Positions 40,912 to 50,735 of a stretch of DNA of 64,000 nt are shown one piece after another. Every line of letters starts with the position of its first letter. The first letter of the stretch is position 1. The stretch comes from Alkalispirochaeta sp. (lineage in GTDB: Bacteria > Spirochaetota > Spirochaetia > DSM-27196 > Alkalispirochaetaceae): positions 128,001 through 192,000 of the forward strand of contig CBDESZ010000025.1 of NCBI GenBank assembly GCA_965242725.1, given 5' to 3'. The position numbers and the translations under genes are program-made. A model generated the notes under the pieces. The model was not told where the DNA came from. It was given only the letters and a program-made list of their open reading frames with translations, and did not search any database.

Positions 40912-42144
40912 TCAAAGGTGTCCGAAAATCAGACCGTGCGTGCTGATACGAAGCGGCTGGGTAGCGCCGTCGCCGAAAACGCCGTTCATCATCGCCCGGT
41001 ATTCGGGAAAAAGGTCTTCAGGAACGACGGCAAGAATCGTTCCGGCAAATCCGCCGCCGTGGACTCGGTACGCACCATTGGCGCCCTTGCCGGACAAAAA
41101 CTCCCTGGTCAGCGTCAATCCTATCGCCATCGACTGGTCGATTTCGCTTTCCGGAGGATAGATGTTCTGCAGCAACGTCCAGCTGGAAAGCCCGCTTTCA
41201 GTCATACGCGACAACAACGCTTCCAAATGCCGATCTTCTGCGGCTTTTACCAGTGCGGCAACGCGAGCCTGTTCATCAAAAAAATGGATGCCCCGCAGTA
41301 CCGCGCGATCGCCCACGGAGCGCCGTAATGCCGGCAGAGAGGAGAGGAGTTGTCCCTTTGAGGCGCGTGAAAGTGTCTCCCCGCCGAGATGCGCGGCAAG
41401 TGCCTTCATTTCAGTCGGAATTGCCGCGTAATGAGCGGTCAGGTCGGCGTGATTTCCCCCGGTGTCTATAACCGCAAGCTGATAGTGGAACTGTCTGAAA
41501 TCCAGACCAATCTCGTTGTACTTCACATCGGCGGCATCGGAAAAGTCGATCGCTACCGAACCGCCGACGGAAGACGCCATCTGGTCCATGAGGCCGCAGG
41601 GTTTTCCGATGTGTTCGTTTTCGGCGTACTGTCCGATCCGCGCCCGTTGGACGTGGGAGAGATGATAGGAACCGAGTGCCTGGTGGATACCGATAAGCGA
41701 CATTTCCAGCGCGGCGGAAGAGCTCAATCCGCTTCCCGGAAGTACCCGACTGTCCAGAACGGCGTCAAAGGGAGGCGCCTCATGGCCGGAGCGGACCAGG
41801 CCGTCCCCGATTCCTCGCATGAGTCGCTCCGTATCGTTTTGATCCGATGACCGGTTCTCCTGCGGGTTGATGCAGAAACGGGTCTCCCAGCCCCGGGAGG
41901 TCAGACGCGAGTGGCCGTCCTGTGACGGCGCGGCCACGATGAGGGCATCCAGATCGATGGCTGCGGCGACGACACGGCCATCATTGTGATCAGTATGGTT
42001 ACCGATGATTTCACACCGGCCTGGTGCACTGGCAAAAACTGTTGGTTCCCGATGATAGGTATTTCTGAAGGCGGTGAGGGCGCTTTCGAAGCGTTCTTTG
42101 CCGTCGGTTACGAGCTCCCTGGCCTCACCGTGATGCACTTTCAC
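40912..42144 (-). CDS. galK: Galactokinase
   Basis: APGRCEIIGNHTDHN, PGSGLSSSAA, CGLMDQMA and RVHGGGFAG motifs. Confidence 0.92.
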   Translation of the reverse strand: MKVHHGEARELVTDGKERFESALTAFRNTYHREPTVFASAPGRCEIIGNHTDHNDGRVVAAAIDLDALIVAAPSQDGHSRLTSRGWETRFCINPQENRSSDQNDTERLMRGIGDGLVRSGHEAPPFDAVLDSRVLPGSGLSSSAALEMSLIGIHQALGSYHLSHVQRARIGQYAENEHIGKPCGLMDQMASSVGGSVAIDFSDAADVKYNEIGLDFRQFHYQLAVIDTGGNHADLTAHYAAIPTEMKALAAHLGGETLSRASKGQLLSSLPALRRSVGDRAVLRGIHFFDEQARVAALVKAAEDRHLEALLSRMTESGLSSWTLLQNIYPPESEIDQSMAIGLTLTREFLSGKGANGAYRVHGGGFAGTILAVVPEDLFPEYRAMMNGVFGDGATQPLRISTHGLIFGHL

Positions 42145-42156
42145 CGATTACTCCTA

Positions 42157-42627
42157 CTATTCCGAAAGGGGTGCATTTCCCCCGTCGGCGGGACTTTCAC
42201 CGCTCGCCCCGTCAGGTATGGCGAGCAGCTCCTCCGCCTGTCGCTCCTCGATGATCTCCAGGAGTCGGCGAGAGAGAATCCGCGGCCAATCGGGAAGTGA
42301 ACCGTCCGGGACATTCTCGTACTTGTCAAGCAACTCCGTAAATCGCCGTTCCGCGAGATCGTACTCCTCACGCTTGTAGGCAATAAAGGCAATTTCGTAT
42401 TCCGCTTCAGTGATCCCGCCGGTATCCGCGGGATTTCGCCGAATAAACTCCTCGTAGTAACGCAGGGCGTTCTCGTAGTCGCCCTGGTCCACATTTTCCT
42501 GAGCCTGCTGAAACATTTGCGCCTTGCTGAGGTCTTCCGGTATCTCTTCCGGAACGGTCTCGCAACCAACAAGAAAATAGACGGAGAAAACAACGACAAT
42601 GAGGGGTATCACTCGTAACGATTTCAC
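42157..42627 (-). CDS. TPR lipoprotein (BamD-like)
   Basis: Lipobox FLVGC, TPR-like helices, AEYEIAFIAYK; GTG start at 42627. Confidence 0.7.
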   Translation of the reverse strand: MKSLRVIPLIVVVFSVYFLVGCETVPEEIPEDLSKAQMFQQAQENVDQGDYENALRYYEEFIRRNPADTGGITEAEYEIAFIAYKREEYDLAERRFTELLDKYENVPDGSLPDWPRILSRRLLEIIEERQAEELLAIPDGASGESPADGGNAPLSE

Positions 42628-42680
42628 AAAGGCAACGTACCACGTTTGCACCGGCCGTTCAAGGTAGATATAATCGGCCA

Positions 42681-43427
42681 ATGATTGCAACAATAGTGAA
42701 TGCAGCGGCCATTATCGTTGGCACGATTGTAGGCCGGATATCGGGCAAGACAATTGGTGATCGTTTTCGCCATACAGTCTTTTCCGGCATCGGCGTCGTC
42801 TCGCTCCTCATCGGGATTTCCATGGCAATGGAGACACAGCGGACGCTCTATCTCGTTTTATCCCTCGTTCTGGGTGGTCTGATCGGAGCGAGCCTCCGGG
42901 TGGAGGATCGAATTTATTCTTTCGGGGAATGGCTGAAACATCGGTTTTATAAAAGCAATGCCGGTTCGGCAGCCGATACATCGGGAACGGGAGAAAGTGC
43001 GGAGCCGCACAGCTTCGCCGAAGGATTCCTCGTCGCGTCGGTTCTTTTCTGCGTCGGCGCCCTTGCGATCATTGGCGCGTTTCGCGCCGGCGTTCAAAAG
43101 GAATATGGGATCATTTTCACGAAATCCGTAATGGACGGCTTCATGGCGATACTACTTACGGCCGCCTACGGAGTAGGCGTCGGATTTTCAGCGTTGTCCA
43201 TCCTCATTTATCAGGGCGGTCTGACGTTGCTCGCCGGCTTTCTCGCGCCCTACGTCAGTCCCCTTATGCTCAGCGAAATATCCGGTGTCGGCGGCGCCAT
43301 GGTGGTGATGATCGGCATCAACCTCCTGGAATTACGGTCCATAAAGACGGGAGATTTTCTGCCGGGTATCCTTCTCGTCGTGCTCTTTGTGCTTTTCGAT
43401 CCCTATATCGGATCTTTCGTGTTGTAA
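42681..43427 (+). CDS. DUF554 family membrane protein
   Basis: TIVNAAAI..G, LFCVGALAI, KSVMDG and YQGGLT motifs. Confidence 0.9.
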   Translation: MIATIVNAAAIIVGTIVGRISGKTIGDRFRHTVFSGIGVVSLLIGISMAMETQRTLYLVLSLVLGGLIGASLRVEDRIYSFGEWLKHRFYKSNAGSAADTSGTGESAEPHSFAEGFLVASVLFCVGALAIIGAFRAGVQKEYGIIFTKSVMDGFMAILLTAAYGVGVGFSALSILIYQGGLTLLAGFLAPYVSPLMLSEISGVGGAMVVMIGINLLELRSIKTGDFLPGILLVVLFVLFDPYIGSFVL

Positions 43428-43460
43428 GAGCAACGGCGCGGACACCGCGGCGTCATTCAT

Positions 43461-44761
43461 TACTGTCCACAACCGTGCGGGTGAAGATCGTCACTTCTGA
43501 AGCAGAAAGATAGAAATGCACTGTATCTGTCAGGGGACCGAACCACCGTTTGCCGATTCGGAATCTCCCCCAATACAGGAGCTGCCCATGGACCACCCCC
43601 CGTTCTGTCCGAACCCCCGCTGCGCCGAACACTGGCGCGGCGCTTCCGTACATCCCCTCCTTCCCGACCCGTCTCCCCCATCTGCATGGTGGATTCGTGA
43701 CGGAACCTATCGCTCCCGGCGGCTCGGGATCGTTCAACGCTTTCGCTGTACCACCTGCGGACGCCACTTCAGTGCATCAACCTTCTCCCTCGAGTACTTC
43801 ACCAAAAAGCACATCAGCCTCTCCCGGTTGCGGAATCTGCTGGTCAGCGGCTGTTCCATCCGTGCCGCCGCCCGGCAGTTGTTCGTCTCTCCCACCACCA
43901 TCACCCACCGGATCATGATGCTTGCCCGCCAGAGTATCGCCGTCCACGGAGCGCTTACCGAGGACGTCGTTCCCGCCGAAGACCTCGTGGCTGACGGCTT
44001 TCAGAGCTTCTGGGTCAGCCAGTACCATCCGAATTCCTTCAACCTCCTTGCCGGAGCCGACTCGCAATATCTCTATGCAATGACGTCAGTTACCCTGCGG
44101 CGAAGCGGGAGGATGACCGCGCGGCAGCGGCGGAAACGGGCGCTCATCGAGGTGCATGAACCGCCTGACCCCGGGGCACTTGCCCGATCGTTTCATGAAC
44201 TCATCCATGAGGCAGTGCGGGTCTGGCACCCGGTGGCACCGGAAAGACGGATTCTTCGCAGTGACGAACACCCGACCTACCAGCGGTGTCTTCGCCAGTG
44301 GCAGTCGGACGGGATTCGCCAGGTGACGATTTCCTCGAGACGACCGCGAACTGCGACCAATCCCCTGTTCGCGGTGAACTATCTTGATCGGGAGATCCGG
44401 AAGGATCTCGCCGAGCACCACCGGGAGACGGTCTGTTTTGCCCGGAATGCAGCGCTGAGCACCGCCCGGATGTGGATCTACCTGGTGTGGCACAACGTGG
44501 ACAAGGAGTACCGAATCTCACCGCGGAATGTGCTGCGCCACGGCGAGGCGGCAGGAATCGGGAGTGATCGACTGCGGCGGGTACGCCGGAGGATGCTGAC
44601 ACGCCGGACATTTCTCACCCGAAGTAGGTTGAATCATACGCTTCGGGTGGTATGGATGGGGATGATGGGGACGCCGGAGCGGGAGAATCGCATCAACGGA
44701 CGATTAACTCCCGGTTACAGCATGGAATAGGACGTTGCCATCCGCACGGTTGTGGACAGTA
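43461..44761 (+). mobile_element. IS-like element with terminal inverted repeats
   Basis: Left end TACTGTCCACAACCGTGCGG (43461-43480) is the exact reverse complement of 44742-44761 (22/23 match when extended). It encloses a single transposase-like ORF and lies between convergent genes. Confidence 0.85.
43588..44730 (+). CDS. Putative transposase (Zn-ribbon + HTH + RNase H-like DDE-type core, IS1/IS1595-like)
   Basis: CPNPRC..QRFRCTTCGRHFS, HTH SIRAAARQLFVSPTTI, ADGFQSF, RSDEHPTY and NYLDREIRKDL..RETVCFARN; AGGAG SD before 43588. Confidence 0.75.
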   Translation: MDHPPFCPNPRCAEHWRGASVHPLLPDPSPPSAWWIRDGTYRSRRLGIVQRFRCTTCGRHFSASTFSLEYFTKKHISLSRLRNLLVSGCSIRAAARQLFVSPTTITHRIMMLARQSIAVHGALTEDVVPAEDLVADGFQSFWVSQYHPNSFNLLAGADSQYLYAMTSVTLRRSGRMTARQRRKRALIEVHEPPDPGALARSFHELIHEAVRVWHPVAPERRILRSDEHPTYQRCLRQWQSDGIRQVTISSRRPRTATNPLFAVNYLDREIRKDLAEHHRETVCFARNAALSTARMWIYLVWHNVDKEYRISPRNVLRHGEAAGIGSDRLRRVRRRMLTRRTFLTRSRLNHTLRVVWMGMMGTPERENRINGRLTPGYSME

Positions 44762-44762
44762 G

Positions 44763-47306
44763 TTAGTCATTCCATCGTAGCAAACCAGGTACGTAGGGGT
44801 GAACCAGATCCCTGTGATTCGGCACGACTCGAATAGCAAACCCCTGACGTCCCGCCTGTTCACATTTGACTTTAGTCCGGAAAATATACCCTCTCTCGTC
44901 GGTGCTGTTTGTCTTCATTTCGACGATCCTCGGCTCGTAAAGCTGCCCTTCGGCGTTAATCGGGCCAGTGTAGAGCTGGACCGCGACCTCCGACGGATTG
45001 ATGGCTCCCAGCTGTACCCGACATTCAACGGAAAAGTTCTCTCCAACTTTGAGATTCCTTCCCGTGCCGCCTACCACATCGGTGACGGAAACTGCCGACC
45101 AGTTGCTGCGTAAATTGTCGATATAAGACGCCAGTTCCTTTGATACGGCGTATTCGCTCTTTTGTATGCGATCGGAGTTTTTCAATGCGGGCAGGTAGAA
45201 CTCCTCGGAATACTGGGTCAGCATTCGACTCGTGGAAAAGAGTCCTCCCAGTTTTCTCATGGAGCTCTTCATTCGTCGAATCCACTCCCGGGGCAGGCCG
45301 TCCCGGCCGCGCTCGTAATAGGTGGGAATGATTTCCCGTTCCAGGAGATCGTAAAGAAGTTTGCTTTCGATCTCGTCCTGCATCTCTTCGTCGGCGTATT
45401 CCTCACCGGCCCCGACGGCAAATCCGACTTCCGGGTCATATCCCTCGGCCCACCAGCCGTCCAGTATGGAGCAGTTCAGAACGCCGTTAATAGCCGCCTT
45501 CATTCCGCTCGTTCCGCTTGCTTCCATGGGGCGTCTGGGCGTATTGAGCCAGATGTCGCTCCCGCTCACGAGATATTTGGCGATTTCCAGGTCGTAGTTT
45601 TCGAGAAATACGATTTTGCTGCGGATTTCCGGATCCGCCGCGAAATGGATGATGTCCTTGATGAGGTTCTTGCCTGGAATGTCATGGGGATGCGCCTTCC
45701 CGGCAAAGATAATCTGGACGGGATGGTCGGGATTGGTCAGAAGGCGTCGCAGCCGTTCGGGATCGCGAAAGAGGAGGGTTGCACGCTTATAGGTGGCAAA
45801 CCGCCGGGCAAAACTTATGGTAAAGGTATAGGGCGAGAGAACCTCATCGGCATATAACGCCTTGGATTGACTCGTTCCCCGGCTCGTGAGTTGCTTCTTG
45901 AGGCGGTGCCGGGCAAAGGCAACGAGTTTGTTCTTTCGCGTTTCATGGGTGCGCCAGATCTCCTCATCGGAAATTCGGTCCATTCGTTCCCAGATTTCAA
46001 TATTTGTCGGCTCGTCGTTGAATCGTGGTCCGAAATAACGGTCCAGAAGCTCGTTCATCTCAGGGCTGAGAAAGCTGCGGGAGTGAACGCCGTTGGTGAT
46101 GTGGGTAATGGGGACTTCGCTCTCCGGAAGATCCGGCCAGATCTGCTTCCACATCTCCCGGGATACTGCGCCGTGGAGCTCGCTGACGCCGTTGTTGTAG
46201 GCGCTCAATCGAATGGCGAGGACGGTCATGCAAAAGGGTTCCTGTTGATCCGACGGGTTTTCCCGACCCAGGGCGATAAACTCCTCCCAGCTGAATCCCG
46301 TCCCGTCGGTGATGACATGGAAGTATTTGTGCATCATATCGATACCGAATCGCTCGTTTCCGGCGGGAACCGGTGTGTGGGTGGTAAAGATATTCGTCGG
46401 CCAGACAGCCTGAATCGCCTCCGGCCGGGTCATGCCGTGGTGTTGAATGAGCTCCCGTATACGTTCAATACCGAGAAAGGCGGAGTGTCCCTCATTCATG
46501 TGGGTGACCGCCGGGTTGATTCCCATGGCGCGGAGCGCCCTGATTCCGCCGATACCGAGGAGGATTTCCTGCTTGATCCGCATCTCCCGGTCGCCGCCGT
46601 AGAGAGTCGCCGTAATACGCCGATCAGCATCGCTGTTTTCGTCGATGTTCGCATCGAGAAGAAAAAGGCTGATCCGTCCTACCCGGACCTCCCAGATGCG
46701 GGCAGTCACTACCGAGTGTGGAAATGCGACGTGAATCTTGATCTCCTCGCCGTCGGAGTCAAGAACCCGTCGGACGGGCATGTTATACCAGTCATTCTCC
46801 GGATAGCTCTCCTGCTGGAAACCGTCGGCGTTCAAATACTGCCGAAAGTAGCCCTGCTGGTAGAGAAGCCCCACCCCGACGAGGGGTAATCCAAGGTCGC
46901 TCGCCGACTTGAGGTGGTCCCCCGAAAGCACACCCAGTCCGCCGGAGTATATGGGGAGACTCACGTCCAGACCATACTCCATGGAGAAGTAGGCGATGAC
47001 GTTCTTTTTGTTCCCCTTGAACCACGTTTCCTTTCCGGCGATATACTTTTTGAATGACTCATTCACCCGGTTCAGCGCCGCGAGATAGGAGTCGTCCTGG
47101 GCCATTTTTTCATAGCGGTCCTGGGGAACCATGCCGAGCATGCGCACCGGATTCTGGTTGCTTCTTGTCCACGAATCAAAATCGAGGCGGGTAAAAAGGT
47201 TCAGTGCGTCATCGTTCCAGCTCAACCAGAGGTTATGGGCGATGTCTTCAAGGGGCCGTAGCGCTTTCGGTATTTGAGGGTTTACCGTGAATTCCTGATA
47301 GTTCAT
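44763..47306 (-). CDS. glgP: Alpha-glucan (glycogen) phosphorylase
   Basis: YFSMEYG, YSGGLGVLSGD, HMNEGH, ARRFATYKR and EASGTSGMK (PLP Lys) motifs. Confidence 0.96.
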   Translation of the reverse strand: MNYQEFTVNPQIPKALRPLEDIAHNLWLSWNDDALNLFTRLDFDSWTRSNQNPVRMLGMVPQDRYEKMAQDDSYLAALNRVNESFKKYIAGKETWFKGNKKNVIAYFSMEYGLDVSLPIYSGGLGVLSGDHLKSASDLGLPLVGVGLLYQQGYFRQYLNADGFQQESYPENDWYNMPVRRVLDSDGEEIKIHVAFPHSVVTARIWEVRVGRISLFLLDANIDENSDADRRITATLYGGDREMRIKQEILLGIGGIRALRAMGINPAVTHMNEGHSAFLGIERIRELIQHHGMTRPEAIQAVWPTNIFTTHTPVPAGNERFGIDMMHKYFHVITDGTGFSWEEFIALGRENPSDQQEPFCMTVLAIRLSAYNNGVSELHGAVSREMWKQIWPDLPESEVPITHITNGVHSRSFLSPEMNELLDRYFGPRFNDEPTNIEIWERMDRISDEEIWRTHETRKNKLVAFARHRLKKQLTSRGTSQSKALYADEVLSPYTFTISFARRFATYKRATLLFRDPERLRRLLTNPDHPVQIIFAGKAHPHDIPGKNLIKDIIHFAADPEIRSKIVFLENYDLEIAKYLVSGSDIWLNTPRRPMEASGTSGMKAAINGVLNCSILDGWWAEGYDPEVGFAVGAGEEYADEEMQDEIESKLLYDLLEREIIPTYYERGRDGLPREWIRRMKSSMRKLGGLFSTSRMLTQYSEEFYLPALKNSDRIQKSEYAVSKELASYIDNLRSNWSAVSVTDVVGGTGRNLKVGENFSVECRVQLGAINPSEVAVQLYTGPINAEGQLYEPRIVEMKTNSTDERGYIFRTKVKCEQAGRQGFAIRVVPNHRDLVHPYVPGLLRWND

Positions 47307-47331
47307 ATATATCCTTTTTTAACGAAATCGA

Positions 47332-48660
47332 TTATCGAGCCCACCGTTCCGGATGTTCGTCGACGATGGGAATAAATACCGTTTGTTCACCGCATTGGGG
47401 AAGCGCGTCGATGGCGGTTATCGCTTTGGCCAACGCAGCTTCCTGGCAGATATGGGTGGTGATGACAACGGGTATGAGCTCGTTGGTCATCGCCTTTTCG
47501 TTCTGAATGAGGCTGGCGATACTGATGCCGTTTGCACCGAGTATTGACGCAATACTTGCCAGCACACCCGGTCGATCCTGGGCCATGATACGTAGATAAT
47601 ACCGGCTTGATGTCTCCGCCGCGGATATCTGAGGTGGTCCTTCATTGGTGTCGGCCCAATATCCCGTGGTATAGAAGGTTGCCGGGAGCGTTCCCGAGGC
47701 GAGAGCCGTGAGATCGGCGACAACGGCGCTGGCCGTGGGGTCACCGCCGGCACCGCGTCCATAATAAAGGGTATGTCCGGTGCGATGGCCGTAGACGCTT
47801 ACCGCGTTAAAAGGACCGTTGACCCACGCCAGGGGATGTTCCTTTGAAATAAACGCCGGGCGTACCCACGTCGTCACACCGCCATTAAGGCGATACGCCA
47901 CGGCCAGGAGTTTGACCACATAGCCGAGTTCCAGTCCAAAAGCGACATCCTGCCCCTTGAGATCATCGATTCCTTTGACGGGGATCGCCTCAAAATCCAC
48001 ACTGGTACCGAATGCGAGCTCCGTCAGAATGGCGAGTTTGTGGGCCGAGTCTATGCCTTGAACGTCGAGGGAGGGGTCCGCTTCGGCCAGACCGATCGCC
48101 TGTGCTTCCGAGAGCGCCTCCGGATAGCTCTGACCCTTTTCAATCATTTCGGTGAGGATGTAGTTGCACGTGCCGTTGACGATACCGTAAATAGCATCAA
48201 TGTGATTGGCGATCAGCCCGTCGGTGATCGCCCGGATGATAGGGATACCGCCGGCCGAGCTCGCTTCAAATCCGATCGTCAATCCCCGGCTCCGGGCGTA
48301 GGCAAAAAGTTCCTTTCCGTGGTGCGCCAGCAACGCCTTGTTTGCGGTCACAACGTGTTTGCCCGCGTCAAGGGATCGCTTGATCAGTTCCAAAGGAAAT
48401 TCGATTCCACCCGTGAGTTCAATGACCACATCGATGTCGTTGTCGGCGAGGACTGAATCGAGATCGGTTGAGAAAAGGTGTTCGGGAAGACCGAGCTGCC
48501 GGGCGTGGTTAAAGGTCTTGCTTACGATGACGGTAAGTTCGATATCGACGCCGCTGCGTTCAATGAGATGATTGTGTTCATGGAGTAAAATCTCCGCGGT
48601 CGCGCCGCCGACGGTTCCGCATCCGACGAGGGCTACCCGCAGACTCTTTTGGGCTTTCAT
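47332..48660 (-). CDS. hom: Homoserine dehydrogenase with C-terminal ACT domain
   Basis: GCGTVG, VTANKA, GIVNGTCNYIL, GRGAGGDPTASAV and DRPGVLA motifs. Confidence 0.95.
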   Translation of the reverse strand: MKAQKSLRVALVGCGTVGGATAEILLHEHNHLIERSGVDIELTVIVSKTFNHARQLGLPEHLFSTDLDSVLADNDIDVVIELTGGIEFPLELIKRSLDAGKHVVTANKALLAHHGKELFAYARSRGLTIGFEASSAGGIPIIRAITDGLIANHIDAIYGIVNGTCNYILTEMIEKGQSYPEALSEAQAIGLAEADPSLDVQGIDSAHKLAILTELAFGTSVDFEAIPVKGIDDLKGQDVAFGLELGYVVKLLAVAYRLNGGVTTWVRPAFISKEHPLAWVNGPFNAVSVYGHRTGHTLYYGRGAGGDPTASAVVADLTALASGTLPATFYTTGYWADTNEGPPQISAAETSSRYYLRIMAQDRPGVLASIASILGANGISIASLIQNEKAMTNELIPVVITTHICQEAALAKAITAIDALPQCGEQTVFIPIVDEHPERWAR

Positions 48661-48667
48661 GAGCGGA

Positions 48668-48718
48668 ATGGTACGGATACACTATCCCGTTGTCAACGAC
48701 GCACCCACCTGCTACCCT
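48668..48718. promoter_or_regulatory. Overlapping divergent sigma70 promoters (hom and the SPL-like operon)
   Basis: Minus strand TTGACA-17-TACCAT-7-ATG; plus strand TTGTCA-17-(TGc)TACCCT-6-ATG; the two -35 boxes overlap at 48690-48696. Confidence 0.7.
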
Positions 48719-48724
48719 CATTGG

Positions 48725-49657
48725 ATGGTTTTTACGGCGGGCTCTCTTCCCGCGAATGCACTGCAGGCGGTAATGGACGGGGACCGACGTTTTGATATCT
48801 TTTCTCCCGTACCGCAGCGGGACACGGAGGAGCGCATCTTTATTCGTCCTCCCATCGTCGCAAATGTCGCGGATTCAGACGTAACGACATCGAATTTTCT
48901 CGTATGGGGATTCGGATATCGCGTCGCCGTCGACACCCTCATACGGCGGGGAGGAGGCCGCATTCCGGTACTGACTATCTCCGCGGATAGCCGGGGAGAG
49001 AAAGAAATGCTTCTTTCCGCGGCACTATTGGCCGAGGACAGGAGGGGAAGCTATTCCTGGGCGGAAATTGACCGAATTTTTGCCGTTCTTGAGCCGGAGT
49101 CACCGTCGGAGGCATTGATGCAGCTCGTTGACCGGGGTAGAAACGTGACGGAACTGCTGGATCGCTACCGTAATCTTCCCGAGGCGGTGGGGCGATCCTT
49201 GAGCGACGGATTTATCGATATCCGTACGGCAGAAAGCGTGCCTCCCCGGATCCTGCCGTATTGGAGCGAGCTGTGTGAGACAACCGCAGCCGTCTCATTC
49301 AGCGAACGGCGACAGATCATGCGGCTCATCTTTGACGACATCCGATCGGAAAAGGCGGAACCGGAAGAGGTGATGGCGGTGACGCGTCGTCTCACGGGGC
49401 GGGAGCTTCTGGAGACGTTGCGTCGTCGGCGATATCCAACGCTATACCGATTGGAGGAGCGATTGGCCTCATTTCAACGGGAAATCACCGCCGGTACGGG
49501 AGTTACCGTGGCGTATCCGGCCAACTATGAAGGGGACTATTTACACGTATCCTTCCGGATTCGTTCCGATCGTGAACTTGAAAAAAGGATGAAAACATTG
49601 CGGAAGATGGAGGGCCACGTCGATGAGCTCGTGGAATTACTATTCACAGACCATTGA
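48725..49657 (+). CDS. Hypothetical protein, possibly degenerate ParB/Srx-like; partner of the SPL-like enzyme
   Basis: RPPIV..LVWGFGYR resembles an eroded ParB-N box; LRRRRYPTL..LEE in the helical C-half; overlaps the next gene. Confidence 0.6.
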   Translation: MVFTAGSLPANALQAVMDGDRRFDIFSPVPQRDTEERIFIRPPIVANVADSDVTTSNFLVWGFGYRVAVDTLIRRGGGRIPVLTISADSRGEKEMLLSAALLAEDRRGSYSWAEIDRIFAVLEPESPSEALMQLVDRGRNVTELLDRYRNLPEAVGRSLSDGFIDIRTAESVPPRILPYWSELCETTAAVSFSERRQIMRLIFDDIRSEKAEPEEVMAVTRRLTGRELLETLRRRRYPTLYRLEERLASFQREITAGTGVTVAYPANYEGDYLHVSFRIRSDRELEKRMKTLRKMEGHVDELVELLFTDH

Positions 49658-50735
49658 TCGCATCTATTGGACCGACGAGACCTACGATTCGGCAGAACGC
49701 ATACGGACGGATCAGCGGCTCCGGGACAATGGACTGGCGGAACAGATTCACTCACGCCCCGCGGTAAATGTCGATTCTATACCTGCCGGCCACCTGACAC
49801 CCCGTTCAATCATAGTTCGGCGACGGCAGAAGGGCGACTTCGGCCGCTGTCCGGGCACTCACGGCCATTTGTGTTGCAACTATCTCACGCTCAACGTCTA
49901 TCATGGGTGCACCCTCGGCTGCACCTATTGCATCATGCAGCATTACCTGCGGAACAGAACGCTTGAAATTCACCTCCCCGACGAGACGACTGTGGGGACG
50001 ATTCGTCGTCTCGTCCAGTCCAATCCGGACCGTATGATACGGCTTGGGACGGGGGAGGTTGGAGATAGTCTTCTCTATGATCCCCTCTTCGGTATTTCCG
50101 GGGATCTCATCGAAGGTCTTGCCGACCTTGGGAACCTGCGTTTTGAGCTGAAGACCAAAACACCCTATGTGGGCCACCTGCCCGGACTTTCTTCGGCGTC
50201 CGGGACGGGACGGAGAAACACGGTCATCGGATTTTCGATAAACCCTCAGGAGATCATTGGAAGGGAGGAGGGAGTCGCGGCGACGCTGGAGGAACGACTC
50301 GATGCCGCCCGGCGCGTTGCAGCGGCGGGGTACCGCATCGCCTTTCATTTCGACCCGATGATACGGATTCCAGACTGGAAGAAAGCGTACGGTGACCTCG
50401 TGCGACTGCTTGCGGACTTCGACTCCCCGGCACCGGAGTGGATCAGCCTGGGGACGATCCGGTATCCCGACGGTCTGAAGGGTTTTATAGAACGTCGTCC
50501 CTACGGAAACGATGAGTTTATCCCGTCCGGGGACGGGAAAATGCGCTACCTCCAGCCCCTGCGGTCGGCGATGTATCGCCATATGCGGAGGTACCTGAAG
50601 GAGTTTCTACCGGAAACGCCGGTGTATCTGTGTATGGAGAGCGCCGCGGTATGGCGTGCCACCGCCGCGGAAGGATATGACAGGCAGTCACTGCGGGAGA
50701 TCATGAAACCGGTTACAGTCGGAGGGCGGGTATGA
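49623..50735 (+). CDS. Spore photoproduct lyase-like radical SAM protein
   Basis: CTLGCTYC radical SAM motif, GTGEVGDSL, ELKTK, RLDAARR, FHFDPMI, WISLG, DGKMRY and YLCME motifs. Confidence 0.85.
   Translation: MSSWNYYSQTIDRIYWTDETYDSAERIRTDQRLRDNGLAEQIHSRPAVNVDSIPAGHLTPRSIIVRRRQKGDFGRCPGTHGHLCCNYLTLNVYHGCTLGCTYCIMQHYLRNRTLEIHLPDETTVGTIRRLVQSNPDRMIRLGTGEVGDSLLYDPLFGISGDLIEGLADLGNLRFELKTKTPYVGHLPGLSSASGTGRRNTVIGFSINPQEIIGREEGVAATLEERLDAARRVAAAGYRIAFHFDPMIRIPDWKKAYGDLVRLLADFDSPAPEWISLGTIRYPDGLKGFIERRPYGNDEFIPSGDGKMRYLQPLRSAMYRHMRRYLKEFLPETPVYLCMESAAVWRATAAEGYDRQSLREIMKPVTVGGRV

Noticed and set aside
43463..43471. CTGTCCACA as a DnaA box / replication origin
   Set aside because: Two mismatches to TTATCCACA, only one copy at each IS end, and no box cluster or AT-rich unwinding region; explained as part of the terminal IR.
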